This document shows positions 56,322 to 64,000 of a stretch of DNA of 64,000 nucleotides, in pieces; the first letter of the stretch is position 1, and each line of letters begins with the position of its first letter. This DNA comes from an uncultured Desulfobacterales bacterium. Its GTDB lineage: Bacteria > Desulfobacterota > Desulfobaccia > Desulfobaccales > 0-14-0-80-60-11. The stretch lies in the NCBI GenBank assembly GCA_964480485.1, contig CAYZOP010000001.1, positions 431,541-495,540 on the forward strand, in the 5' to 3' direction. Below the pieces are notes generated by a model. That model did no database searches and was not told the DNA's origin. It saw only the letters and a list, made by a program, of their open reading frames with translations. The translations under genes and the position numbers were made by a program.

Positions 56322-58057
56322 TGGGGGACGGTGAATTTTTCAACGAAGTCACCATTAACGGCCTCAAACTGGCCGGCTATCAGAAAGGCCAGCGCCCTAT
56401 CCGCGACCGTCAGGTGCTGAAAGAGGTTCTCGATTACCTCCACATCCGGCAGGGGCTCCTGGCCCCCTATCATGCAGCCTACCCGTTGGTGGAGCCCCGG
56501 GAGCTGCTTCCCTCCTTTGAAAAAAATTTCCACGAATACCGGGAACTGCCGGGATTCTCCCTGGTGGCCTTCAACCGCCCTCTCTCCTACCAGGAGGAGA
56601 TTTTCCAGTTTGACCTGCTTCACTCCCATCGGGAGGGCAAAAAGCGACACCGGGACAACCTGGAAAAGATTGCTCCCCACCTGGACCGGGAGCTCAGAAA
56701 TCAGTTCCGGCTGCGCTTCGCCCACCGGGACCTCACCGACCTGGCCCACTACGAGGAGCTCCTGGGCTTTCTGTTTCATATGGACCGGGCCCAGGTCATC
56801 GCCAAAGATGAGCAGGGGGATTTCCGCCTCCTGGGGGTCTACGCTTCTTTTCCCTCAGACCTGGACGGCGAAATCAAGAGCTTCGGCCGGGAACTGGGCA
56901 AATTCAAAAAGCTGGACCACGCTGTTTACGAGCGTGAGCGGGACTTTGTCTATCAGTTCCTGATGGAGCTCTACGGGTTTCCCATCGCCGCAGAACGGCG
57001 GACCTCCGCCACCATGTTCGCCCGCAAGCTCTCCCGTCTCCGGGAGTCCTATCTCATCAAGGTTTTGGGCTCCTCAGACCGCACCATCACCAGTCTGGCC
57101 GGCTTCGACCAGAAAAAATACCCCCTGGTGGAAAAAGTGGCCCTGGTGGCCCTGCCCTCTTCCCTGGCGGACCGCCACACCTTCCTGCTTGACCAGGGTT
57201 TTTACGTGGACCCACAGCGCCGGGCCCTGATCCTCAAGGTAACCTACCAACAGCATAAGTACAATAAAAACAACATCCTGGAAGAGCGGGCGCTGTCGGT
57301 GGTGACCCAGGAAATTATCCACCCGCAAAACGGACGCCGGGAAGCCACCCTCAACCTTCTCAAGGACAGCCGCCGATTCATCAAGGACCTAACCGACATC
57401 GTGCGGGGGGAATACCTGGGGTCCATCGCCTACAAGCGGACGGAGCTCATTACCGCGCCCAAGACCCATGAAGACCGGCTGAAATGTCTGGCGGCCTGGC
57501 TGCAGAAAAACGCCCGCCGCCTGGCCACCTATCGGGACGATACCTTTAAGGCGGTACGCCGCCTCCTGCACGGTTATCTGCTGAGCCGGGATCATCGCGA
57601 GGCCTTTGCCAGGAACGCGGAACTGCACCGGGAGGCCTTGCGCCACATGGTCTACCTCAACCAGGCCCACCAGCTGCACAACCTGGAAAAGGTGGTGCGC
57701 AAGCCCACGGATCAGCGGCAGCTTGGCCCCCTGCAACGCATTTCCGCGGCGGTGTGCTTTCTGGAGGAAAAAAAGGACGAACTGCCGTATTTTTATCCTG
57801 AATTGTTCGGCAAGTGCCTGAGCCTATGGGAAGAATTGATGGAATATCCTTATTTTCGCCGGCTGCGGCATCTGGCTACCCCCCCGCCCCTCCCCTACCG
57901 CCACCGGGTATGGCAGCTGCTGCTTTTGGGCCAACGGCTCATCGAAGACCTGGCAGCGCAACACCGGCAGATCCAGGAGGAGGTGGGCCGGGGGGTGGTC
58001 TTTCCGGTGCTGCTCCCCAAGACGGAAGCGCCTCGCCAACGCCTTGAGCCCACATAA
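56321..58057 (+). CDS. Hypothetical protein (578 aa, basic, helical). No recognisable domain
   Basis: A long uninterrupted ORF whose start overlaps the yjbQ stop (TGATG). Composition is protein-like and noticeably more AT-rich than the flanks. Confidence 0.65.
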   Translation: MGDGEFFNEVTINGLKLAGYQKGQRPIRDRQVLKEVLDYLHIRQGLLAPYHAAYPLVEPRELLPSFEKNFHEYRELPGFSLVAFNRPLSYQEEIFQFDLLHSHREGKKRHRDNLEKIAPHLDRELRNQFRLRFAHRDLTDLAHYEELLGFLFHMDRAQVIAKDEQGDFRLLGVYASFPSDLDGEIKSFGRELGKFKKLDHAVYERERDFVYQFLMELYGFPIAAERRTSATMFARKLSRLRESYLIKVLGSSDRTITSLAGFDQKKYPLVEKVALVALPSSLADRHTFLLDQGFYVDPQRRALILKVTYQQHKYNKNNILEERALSVVTQEIIHPQNGRREATLNLLKDSRRFIKDLTDIVRGEYLGSIAYKRTELITAPKTHEDRLKCLAAWLQKNARRLATYRDDTFKAVRRLLHGYLLSRDHREAFARNAELHREALRHMVYLNQAHQLHNLEKVVRKPTDQRQLGPLQRISAAVCFLEEKKDELPYFYPELFGKCLSLWEELMEYPYFRRLRHLATPPPLPYRHRVWQLLLLGQRLIEDLAAQHRQIQEEVGRGVVFPVLLPKTEAPRQRLEPT

Positions 58058-58059
58058 CC

Positions 58060-58962
58060 TTGGGCGCCCAGGTCTCTTTGTGGCATTGCCGGGAGGCGGG
58101 CTCAGGTCCTGCGGTGCTGCTGCTGCATGGGCTGGGGGCCTCCAGCTTTTCCTGGCGGCACCTCTTGCCTCAACTGTCCCGGTCCCACCGGGTCCTGGCC
58201 CCGGACCTGCCGGCTCATGGGGCCACCCCAGCGGCCGCCACCCCGGATTTCCGCCTGTCCACCTTGGTCCAGGGCCTCCTGGACCTGTTGGATCAACGGG
58301 GGGTGAAGCGCGTCGTAGTGGCAGGCAACTCCCTGGGCGGCGCCCTGGCGGTGCTGCTGGCCGCCCGGGCGCCGGAGCGGGTGACGGCTTTGGCGCTTTT
58401 GGCCCCGGCCGTGGTGCTCAGACGCCACCCTCTGATCGTTCAGCTGCTGCGCCTCCCCCTGGCAGGGACTTTCACCGCCGCGCTGCTGGGGCCCTGGATC
58501 GTGCCGCTGGGGCTCAGGCTGGCCTACCACCGCCGGGAGCTCATCACCCCGGAAGTGGCGGCGGGCTACGCCCCCACCTTCCGGCCCCTGGCCAACCGGA
58601 TGGGACTTATGCGCCTGGCCCGGGAGAACGACCCGTGGGCACCGACAGACGTGGCCCGCCTGGTCCAGGGCGTCACCCAACCGGTGCTCATCATCTGGGG
58701 CCGAAAGGACCGCATCCTGCCGGTGGAACAGGCCGGGGAGTTGCAGGCCCTCTTACCCCAAAGCACCGTCCACCTCCTCCCGGGGGTGGGGCACGCCCCC
58801 CAGGAAGAGGCCCCGGAGACGGTGGCCGAAATTCTCATTGCTTTTTGGACGGCTCGGGGAAACAATGATGATACCGGGGGAGAGGGCTCAAGGGCAGGAG
58901 CCCCTCTCCCCAACCCACTTCCCGCACCCTTTAACTTAAAGAGAGGGGGGAGGGAAGGTTAA
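58060..58962 (+). CDS. Alpha/beta hydrolase with a repeat-derived C-terminal tail
   Basis: VLLLHGLGASSFSWRH, the nucleophile elbow GNSLGG, and a C-terminal ...PGVGHAPQEE (catalytic His). The last ~30 aa (GGEGSRAGAPLPNPLPAPFNLKRGGREG) are encoded by a G/C-rich repeat. The start is TTG. Confidence 0.85.
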   Translation: MGAQVSLWHCREAGSGPAVLLLHGLGASSFSWRHLLPQLSRSHRVLAPDLPAHGATPAAATPDFRLSTLVQGLLDLLDQRGVKRVVVAGNSLGGALAVLLAARAPERVTALALLAPAVVLRRHPLIVQLLRLPLAGTFTAALLGPWIVPLGLRLAYHRRELITPEVAAGYAPTFRPLANRMGLMRLARENDPWAPTDVARLVQGVTQPVLIIWGRKDRILPVEQAGELQALLPQSTVHLLPGVGHAPQEEAPETVAEILIAFWTARGNNDDTGGEGSRAGAPLPNPLPAPFNLKRGGREG

Positions 58963-58972
58963 GGGGAAGGAA
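58876..58972. repeat. G/C-rich palindromic element (M1-M2) forming the 3' tail of the hydrolase ORF
   Basis: GGGGAGAGGGCTC-AAGGGCAG-GAGCCCCTCTCCCC followed by AACCC...GGGGGGAGGGAAGG. Confidence 0.65.
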
Positions 58973-59063
58973 CCAGAGGCGAGACGTTTGTGCCACAGGA
59001 GCCAAGCTCCTGAGACCTTCTCCATGAAAAAAACTTCCACCAGAGAGTCACCAATGGAGCATC

Positions 59064-59288
59064 ATGGCCAGAAACATCATCCCCTTTGAAAAAGCTAAAC
59101 GCTCGGTCCAGGAAGTGGTGGACCGCTTTTCTCAGGACCTGGACGACATCCAGGAGATTGTCATCATCGCCAAGGACAAGGACGGCGAGTGGATCTTCGC
59201 CAACTCCGAGTTGGCCAACGAATTGGAGTGGATCGGCAGCCTCTACAAATTCATTCACCAGGGCATCATGGCCGAGGAGGAGTATTGA
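59064..59288 (+). CDS. Small acidic hypothetical protein (74 aa)
   Basis: GGAG lies 5 nt upstream of the ATG. Composition is coding-like, and a hairpin plus T-run follows. Confidence 0.5.
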   Translation: MARNIIPFEKAKRSVQEVVDRFSQDLDDIQEIVIIAKDKDGEWIFANSELANELEWIGSLYKFIHQGIMAEEEY

Positions 59289-59514
59289 TCCCCCCGGGGG
59301 TCGAGGTCCGGAGCCGACGAGCCGCACCCTAAGCCGCCAGTTTCAGAAAACAAAAAGCCAGGGCCGATGACCCTGACTTTTCTCCTTCCCGCCTTGCGCT
59401 CCCTTTATTCCGATCTGCCATGTCCGGCGGTTCCGGGGCCCCCGGCCGCTTACGGCTGCGGCTTTTTCTCAATCGGTCTCCGGCGCTCGGCCATGGGTTG
59501 GGAATCCCTCCTCC

Positions 59515-59874
59515 CTAGTACTTTCCTGGCTCCGCCGGGGCGGCGGCCGGCGGCTGCTTCAGCAGGGGGCACATCTGCCGGCAAAGAGCCTGCATCTGTC
59601 CCAAGAGGTCGGATAGTTCCCTCTGGGCGTCGGGCTTGATGCCTCCCTCCTTGGCCAGGGCGTCAATCTTTTGCTGGAGCTGGAGCATCAGTGGACAGAC
59701 CATCCCCGCCTGGGCGGGCGGCGGGCACACCATCCCCCCCTGACCGGGCAGGGGGCACACCGTCTGAGGCGGGGCCCCAGCCGGGGGCTGGACCACCTGG
59801 GGCTGCGCCGCGGCAGGGCCGGCGGTCACGGCCAACACCAAGAATACCGCGCCGAACCCTTTGACCATTTTCAT
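59515..59874 (-). CDS. Secreted Cys/Met/Pro-rich small protein (MVCP repeats)
   Basis: GGAGGAG lies upstream of the ATG at 59874. The signal peptide is MKMVKGFGAVFLVLAVTAGPAAA. The mature part carries TVCP, MVCP, MVCP and CRQMCP. Confidence 0.55.
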   Translation of the reverse strand: MKMVKGFGAVFLVLAVTAGPAAAQPQVVQPPAGAPPQTVCPLPGQGGMVCPPPAQAGMVCPLMLQLQQKIDALAKEGGIKPDAQRELSDLLGQMQALCRQMCPLLKQPPAAAPAEPGKY

Positions 59875-59915
59875 TCGCTCCTCCACCAAATACTTTCCCA
59901 AGAAGCCCGCAGGGG

Positions 59916-61160
59916 TTAAAAATCCAGGGATTGGGCGGTCGACACCGGCCCCAAAAGCGCCGTCCCCCAGCGTTCGGCCCGGAAGAACTCCTGGGCCAGA
60001 TCCTGGACCTGAGCCGCGGTCACCCGGCACAAGCCGTTGACCACGTCCTCGATGGGGATATAGCGCCCGAAGTTGATCTCGTTCTTGGCCAGTCTGAGCA
60101 TGCGCTGCTCCACGTCCTCGGCATGCAGGTAGATGGAGCCCTTGAGATACTCCTGAGCCGCAATCAGTTCGGCGCCGGAGACCCCCTCGGTTCTGAGGCG
60201 CACCAGTTCCCGGGAGACCGCCTCCAGGAGTGCCTCCAGGTGCCGGGGACTGACTCCGGCGGCGATCTCCCAGAGGCCGGTGTCGCTGAAGAACGTCAGG
60301 AAGGAATAGATGCTGTAGGCCAGCCCCAGCTGTTCCCGGATGACCTGAAAGAGCCGGGAGCTCATGTTGCCCCCCAGGATGGTCTGGAGCACGGTGGCGG
60401 CGTAGCGTCGGGGGTCGCCGGCCGCAAATCCCTCGGTGCCGAGGCAGACGTGGACTTGCTCCAGGTCCCGGGGCAGGAGGAAGGTGCCGGGGGCCGGGGC
60501 CGCGGCCTCCCGGCGGCGCCCAGGAGCGCCGTTGGCAAACGGCGCCAGAGCCGGGGCCAAGAGGTCCATCACTCCTTCGTGGGTGAGGCGGCCGGCCACG
60601 GCCACCACCAGCTGCTCCGGCCGATAGCCGGACTGGCGGTAAGCCAGCAGGTCCTGCCGGCTGACCCGCCCGATCCCCGAAGCCTCCCCCAGGAGAGAGC
60701 GGCCGAACGGGTGTCCCGGCCAGAAGCGCCGGGCGAATTCCACCTGGATCAGATCTTCGGGGTTATCTTCCTGGGCGGCGATTTCTTCCAGGATGACCTG
60801 CCGTTCCCGCTCCAGTTCCTCTTCCCGGTAAAGGGGGTGGAGCACCAGGTCAGCCAGCAGGTCCACCGCCAAGGGGAGGTGCTCGGCCAGCACCCGGGCG
60901 TGGTAGCAGGTGCTCTCCTTGGTAGTGAAGGCGTTGAGGGAGCCGCCCAGACGGTCGGCCTCCCGGGCGATGGCCAGGGCGTCCCGGCGGGCGGTGCCCT
61001 TGAAGGCCATGTGCTCCAGAAAGTGGGAAAGCCCGTGTTCCGCCTCGCCCTCATCCCGGCCGCCTACAGTGAGCCAGAACCCCACCGCCACCGAGTGGAA
61101 GTGGGAGAGCTCTTCGGTGACCACCCGGACGCCGTTAGGGAGTACGCTTTTTCGGTACAC
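59916..61160 (-). CDS. M16-family (pitrilysin/insulinase-like) zinc peptidase
   Basis: The inverted zinc motif HFLEHMAFKGT (HxxEH). The GTG start overlaps the pnp 3' end by 26 nt. Confidence 0.9.
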   Translation of the reverse strand: MYRKSVLPNGVRVVTEELSHFHSVAVGFWLTVGGRDEGEAEHGLSHFLEHMAFKGTARRDALAIAREADRLGGSLNAFTTKESTCYHARVLAEHLPLAVDLLADLVLHPLYREEELERERQVILEEIAAQEDNPEDLIQVEFARRFWPGHPFGRSLLGEASGIGRVSRQDLLAYRQSGYRPEQLVVAVAGRLTHEGVMDLLAPALAPFANGAPGRRREAAAPAPGTFLLPRDLEQVHVCLGTEGFAAGDPRRYAATVLQTILGGNMSSRLFQVIREQLGLAYSIYSFLTFFSDTGLWEIAAGVSPRHLEALLEAVSRELVRLRTEGVSGAELIAAQEYLKGSIYLHAEDVEQRMLRLAKNEINFGRYIPIEDVVNGLCRVTAAQVQDLAQEFFRAERWGTALLGPVSTAQSLDF

Positions 61161-63279
61161 GGTCCCTCTTGGGGGGCTCCTGGGGGGCGGTCCCGGGTTC
61201 GGGTTGCAGCAGCGCCTTGCGGGAGAGCCGGATTTTCCCCTGCCGGTCGATCTCCAGCACCTTCACCGTTACCTCATCCCCCTCTTTGAGGATATCGGTG
61301 ACGGCTTTGACCCGCTGATGCGCCAGTTCGGAGATATGCACCAGGCCGTCGGTGTTGGGGAGGATTTCCACGAAGGCCCCGAAGTCCATGATCTTTTTGA
61401 CTTTGCCGGTATAGACCGCGCCCACCTCGGCTTCGGCAGTGAGGTCCCGGATGATCTTGATGGCCTCGTCCGCCGCCTTTTGGGTGGGGGAGGAGATGTG
61501 CACCCGGCCGTCGTCCTCGATGTCGATCTTAACCCCGGTCTGGGCCACGATATGCTTGATGATCTTGCCGCCGGGGCCGATGACCTCCCGAATCTTGTCC
61601 GGGTTGATCTGGATGACCACGATCTTGGGGGCGTGCTCCTTGAGATCCGGGGAAGGCTGGGCGATGACCTTGCTCATCTCCCCCAGAATATGGAGCCGGG
61701 CCTGCCGGGCCTGGGCCAGCGCCCGCCCCATGATCTCCCGGGTGATGCCGGTCATCTTGATGTCCATCTGCAGGGCGGTGATGCCTTCGGAGGTGCCGGC
61801 CACCTTGAAGTCCATATCCCCCAGGGCGTCTTCGTCTCCCAGGATGTCGGAGAGGACCGCCACCTCGTCGGCCTCCTTGACCAGACCCATGGCCACCCCG
61901 GCCACCGCCGCCTTCACCGGCACGCCGGCGTCCATCAGGGCCATGGAGGTGCCGCACACCGTGGCCATGGAGGAGGAGCCGTTGGAGGACAACACCTCGG
62001 AGACGATGCGGATGGTGTATGGGAATTCCTCCGCCGAAGGCAGCACCGGGGTGATGGCCCGCTCCGCCAGGGCGCCGTGGCCGATCTCCCGGCGGCTGGG
62101 CCCCCGGAGCATCCGGGCCTCGCCCACTGAATACGGCGGAAAATTGTAATGCAGCATGAAGGACTTGAAGGTCTCGCCCAGCAGGGTCTCGATGCGCTGC
62201 TCGTCCGAGGGGGTTCCCAGAGTGGTCACCGCCAGGGCCTGGGTTTCCCCCCGGGTGAAGATGGCGGAGCCGTGGGTGCGGCTCAGCATCCCCACTTCGC
62301 CCCAGATGGGCCGCACGTCTTCAAAGGCCCGGCCGTCCAGCCGCCGCTTTTCCTTGAGCACATAGTGCCGCACCACCCGCTTGTGCAGGTCTTGGAAGAC
62401 AGCGGCTACGTCCTTTTCCCGGCCCGCAGCCTCCGGGCCCAGGGTGGCCAGGACCTCCTGAAACACCTTGTCCACCCCTTCCCGGCGGGCCTTCTTTTCC
62501 GGCTGAACGACCGCGGCCAGGATCTTGTCCGCCGCCAGCTCCCGGATTTTCTGGGGCAAATCGCCGTAATCCGGGGGCTCCGGCTGGGGCCACTTGGGCT
62601 TGCCCACCTCCTGGCCCATCCGCTTGATAGTGGCCAGGATGGGCTGAATCTGCTCCTGGGCGAAAAACAGGGCCTCCAGGACCTCCTCTTCCGTGGCCAT
62701 GCGGGCGCCGCCCTCCACCATGATGAGGCCGTCGGGGACCCCGGCCACGATGAGGCTCAGGGTGCTGTCCTTGAGCTCGCTGTTGGTGGGGTTGAGCATG
62801 AGGCGGCCATCAACCTTGCCCACCCGCACCGCGGCCACCGGCCCTTTGAAGGGGGCCTGGGAGATCTCCAAAGCCGCGGACGCACCGTTCAAAGCCGAAA
62901 TGTCCGGGTCGATCTCCAGGTCGCCGGAGAGCACCGTGGCGATGATCTGGATTTCGTTATACAGGCCTTTGGGGAACAGCGGCCGCAAGGGGCGGTCGAT
63001 GAGCCGGGAGGTGAGGGTCTCCTTTTCGCTGGGACGTCCCATTTCCCGCCGGAAAAACCCCCCGGGAATGCGGCCGGCGGCATAGGCCTTCTCGATGTAA
63101 TCCACCGTCAGCGGGAGAAAATCGATGCCCTCCCGCATCTGCTCGGAAATCACCGCGGTGGCCAGCACCGTGTTCTCTCCGTAGCGGACCAGGACTGAGC
63201 CGCTGGCCTGTTGGGCCAGCCGCCCCACCTCGAAGGTGAGGTCCCGGCCGCCCACATCTACGACATATTTCTTGACCAT
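61135..63279 (-). CDS. pnp: Polyribonucleotide nucleotidyltransferase (PNPase)
   Basis: Two RNase PH domains, then KH (IREVIGPGGKIIK) and S1 (GKVKKIMDFGAFVEI). Confidence 0.98.
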   Translation of the reverse strand: MVKKYVVDVGGRDLTFEVGRLAQQASGSVLVRYGENTVLATAVISEQMREGIDFLPLTVDYIEKAYAAGRIPGGFFRREMGRPSEKETLTSRLIDRPLRPLFPKGLYNEIQIIATVLSGDLEIDPDISALNGASAALEISQAPFKGPVAAVRVGKVDGRLMLNPTNSELKDSTLSLIVAGVPDGLIMVEGGARMATEEEVLEALFFAQEQIQPILATIKRMGQEVGKPKWPQPEPPDYGDLPQKIRELAADKILAAVVQPEKKARREGVDKVFQEVLATLGPEAAGREKDVAAVFQDLHKRVVRHYVLKEKRRLDGRAFEDVRPIWGEVGMLSRTHGSAIFTRGETQALAVTTLGTPSDEQRIETLLGETFKSFMLHYNFPPYSVGEARMLRGPSRREIGHGALAERAITPVLPSAEEFPYTIRIVSEVLSSNGSSSMATVCGTSMALMDAGVPVKAAVAGVAMGLVKEADEVAVLSDILGDEDALGDMDFKVAGTSEGITALQMDIKMTGITREIMGRALAQARQARLHILGEMSKVIAQPSPDLKEHAPKIVVIQINPDKIREVIGPGGKIIKHIVAQTGVKIDIEDDGRVHISSPTQKAADEAIKIIRDLTAEAEVGAVYTGKVKKIMDFGAFVEILPNTDGLVHISELAHQRVKAVTDILKEGDEVTVKVLEIDRQGKIRLSRKALLQPEPGTAPQEPPKRDRVPKKRTP

Positions 63280-63297
63280 GTAAGTCTAACCGTCCTC

Positions 63298-63567
63298 CTA
63301 CTTCCGAAGCCCCAACTGCTCGATGAGGGTTCGGTAGCGCTGAATGTCCTTCTTCTTGAGATAGTTGAGGAGCCGACGCCGCTGGCCCACCAGCTTGATG
63401 AGGCCGCGCCGGGAATGGTGGTCCTTGGCATGGGACTTGAAATGTCCGGTGAGGTATGAGATGCGCTCGCTCAGGATGGCCACCTGGACTTCGGTGGAGC
63501 CGGTGTCACCGTCATGCAACTGAAACCGGTCAATAATTTCCTTCTTCTGCTCTGCTGATAACGCCAC
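63298..63567 (-). CDS. rpsO: 30S ribosomal protein S15
   Basis: (V)[38 protein letters not shown]...[10 protein letters not shown]. The GTG start has AAGGAGGAG upstream. Confidence 0.95.
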   Translation of the reverse strand: MALSAEQKKEIIDRFQLHDGDTGSTEVQVAILSERISYLTGHFKSHAKDHHSRRGLIKLVGQRRRLLNYLKKKDIQRYRTLIEQLGLRK

Positions 63568-63699
63568 TTTCTCCTCCTTGTAAAAAGATGCTTGCCGGCC
63601 AGGGAGCACCCCGCCCTTGCAATTTGGTGGCAATGTGTCTTGAGGGAGGGGGCCGGGGCTTGCCAACCAGGCTCTCCCGACCTTCCTCTCAAAAAGCCC

Positions 63700-64000
63700 C
63701 TAAAAACGTTCCGGCCGGGGAAAGACCCGGACCGGGGCCAGTATGACTCCCTGGGGTTCCCGGCGCAGTTCCGCCACGGCCAGGAGGCGCCCGTGCAACA
63801 GGACGCGCAGCTTCTGGCGCCCCGCCGCACCGTTTTGGGTCCAGGCCAGGGCCTGGCCCTGGGCCAGTCGCCGGGCCTGGGCCGACTCCACGGCCACCGC
63901 CGGCAGGTCCGGCAGGCAATCGGCCAGAGGGAGTACCCGGGTTCGGGCCGATTCAGGATCATCCAACACCTGGGCCAGGGGCAGGGCCGCACCCACTGCA
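63700..64000 (-). CDS. truB: tRNA pseudouridine-55 synthase, 3' part (the gene continues beyond the right edge)
   Basis: The open frame runs to the window edge, and the C-terminal TruB/PUA-like sequence (...LPAVAVESAQARRLAQGQAL...) is present. The truB-rpsO-pnp order is canonical. Confidence 0.78.
   Translation of the reverse strand, partial: AVGAALPLAQVLDDPESARTRVLPLADCLPDLPAVAVESAQARRLAQGQALAWTQNGAAGRQKLRVLLHGRLLAVAELRREPQGVILAPVRVFPRPERF

Noticed and set aside
4567-58972. CRISPR array interpretation of the recurring G/C-rich repeats.
   Set aside because: The copies are kilobases apart, are internally palindromic composites rather than short identical direct repeats with unique spacers, and no cas genes are present.
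59440-59475. Terminator for the minus-strand secreted-protein gene (GCCGC-TTACGGCT-GCGGC plus T5).
   Set aside because: The T-run follows the hairpin only on the plus strand, so it cannot serve the minus-strand gene. At best it is a second plus-strand terminator after 59064..59288.

Overview
High-GC (about 60-65% by eye) chromosomal segment from an anaerobic, cytochrome-rich bacterium. Gene content and synteny resemble Desulfobacterota/Thermodesulfobacteriota and Geobacter-type lineages: an ilvB-ilvN-ilvC-psd-pssA-leuA-leuC block, citramalate synthase, FolD plus MetVF, and a CbcL-like cytochrome. I support about 64 protein genes, mostly housekeeping: amino-acid biosynthesis, aroK-aroC-tyrA, serS, gltX, prfA-prmC, and truB-rpsO-pnp. 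I found no rRNA, tRNA, CRISPR array, transposase or integrase. Many long ORFs in the track are antisense shadow ORFs typical of GC-rich DNA and are rejected. Five points deserve a second look. (1) An in-frame UGA with a SECIS-like hairpin joins a signal-peptide mono-haem ORF to a leaderless 7-haem plus cytochrome-b ORF. (2) A DsrE-like ORF inside the ilv operon reads through UGA at a UxxC motif, also with a SECIS-like hairpin, so this genome probably decodes selenocysteine. (3) An IspH-UbiA prenyltransferase fusion sits divergent from a CruF-like (DUF422) gene, and both are preceded by CCGAAAT heptad arrays. (4) A family of about 125-nt G/C-rich three-hairpin palindromic repeats occurs at 9 or more loci, with one copy inserted in frame inside prmC and others forming ORF tails. 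(5) A tightly coupled pyrR-linked operon encodes two large proteins of unknown function. All functional calls come from reading the translated ORFs for motifs. No database search was run.
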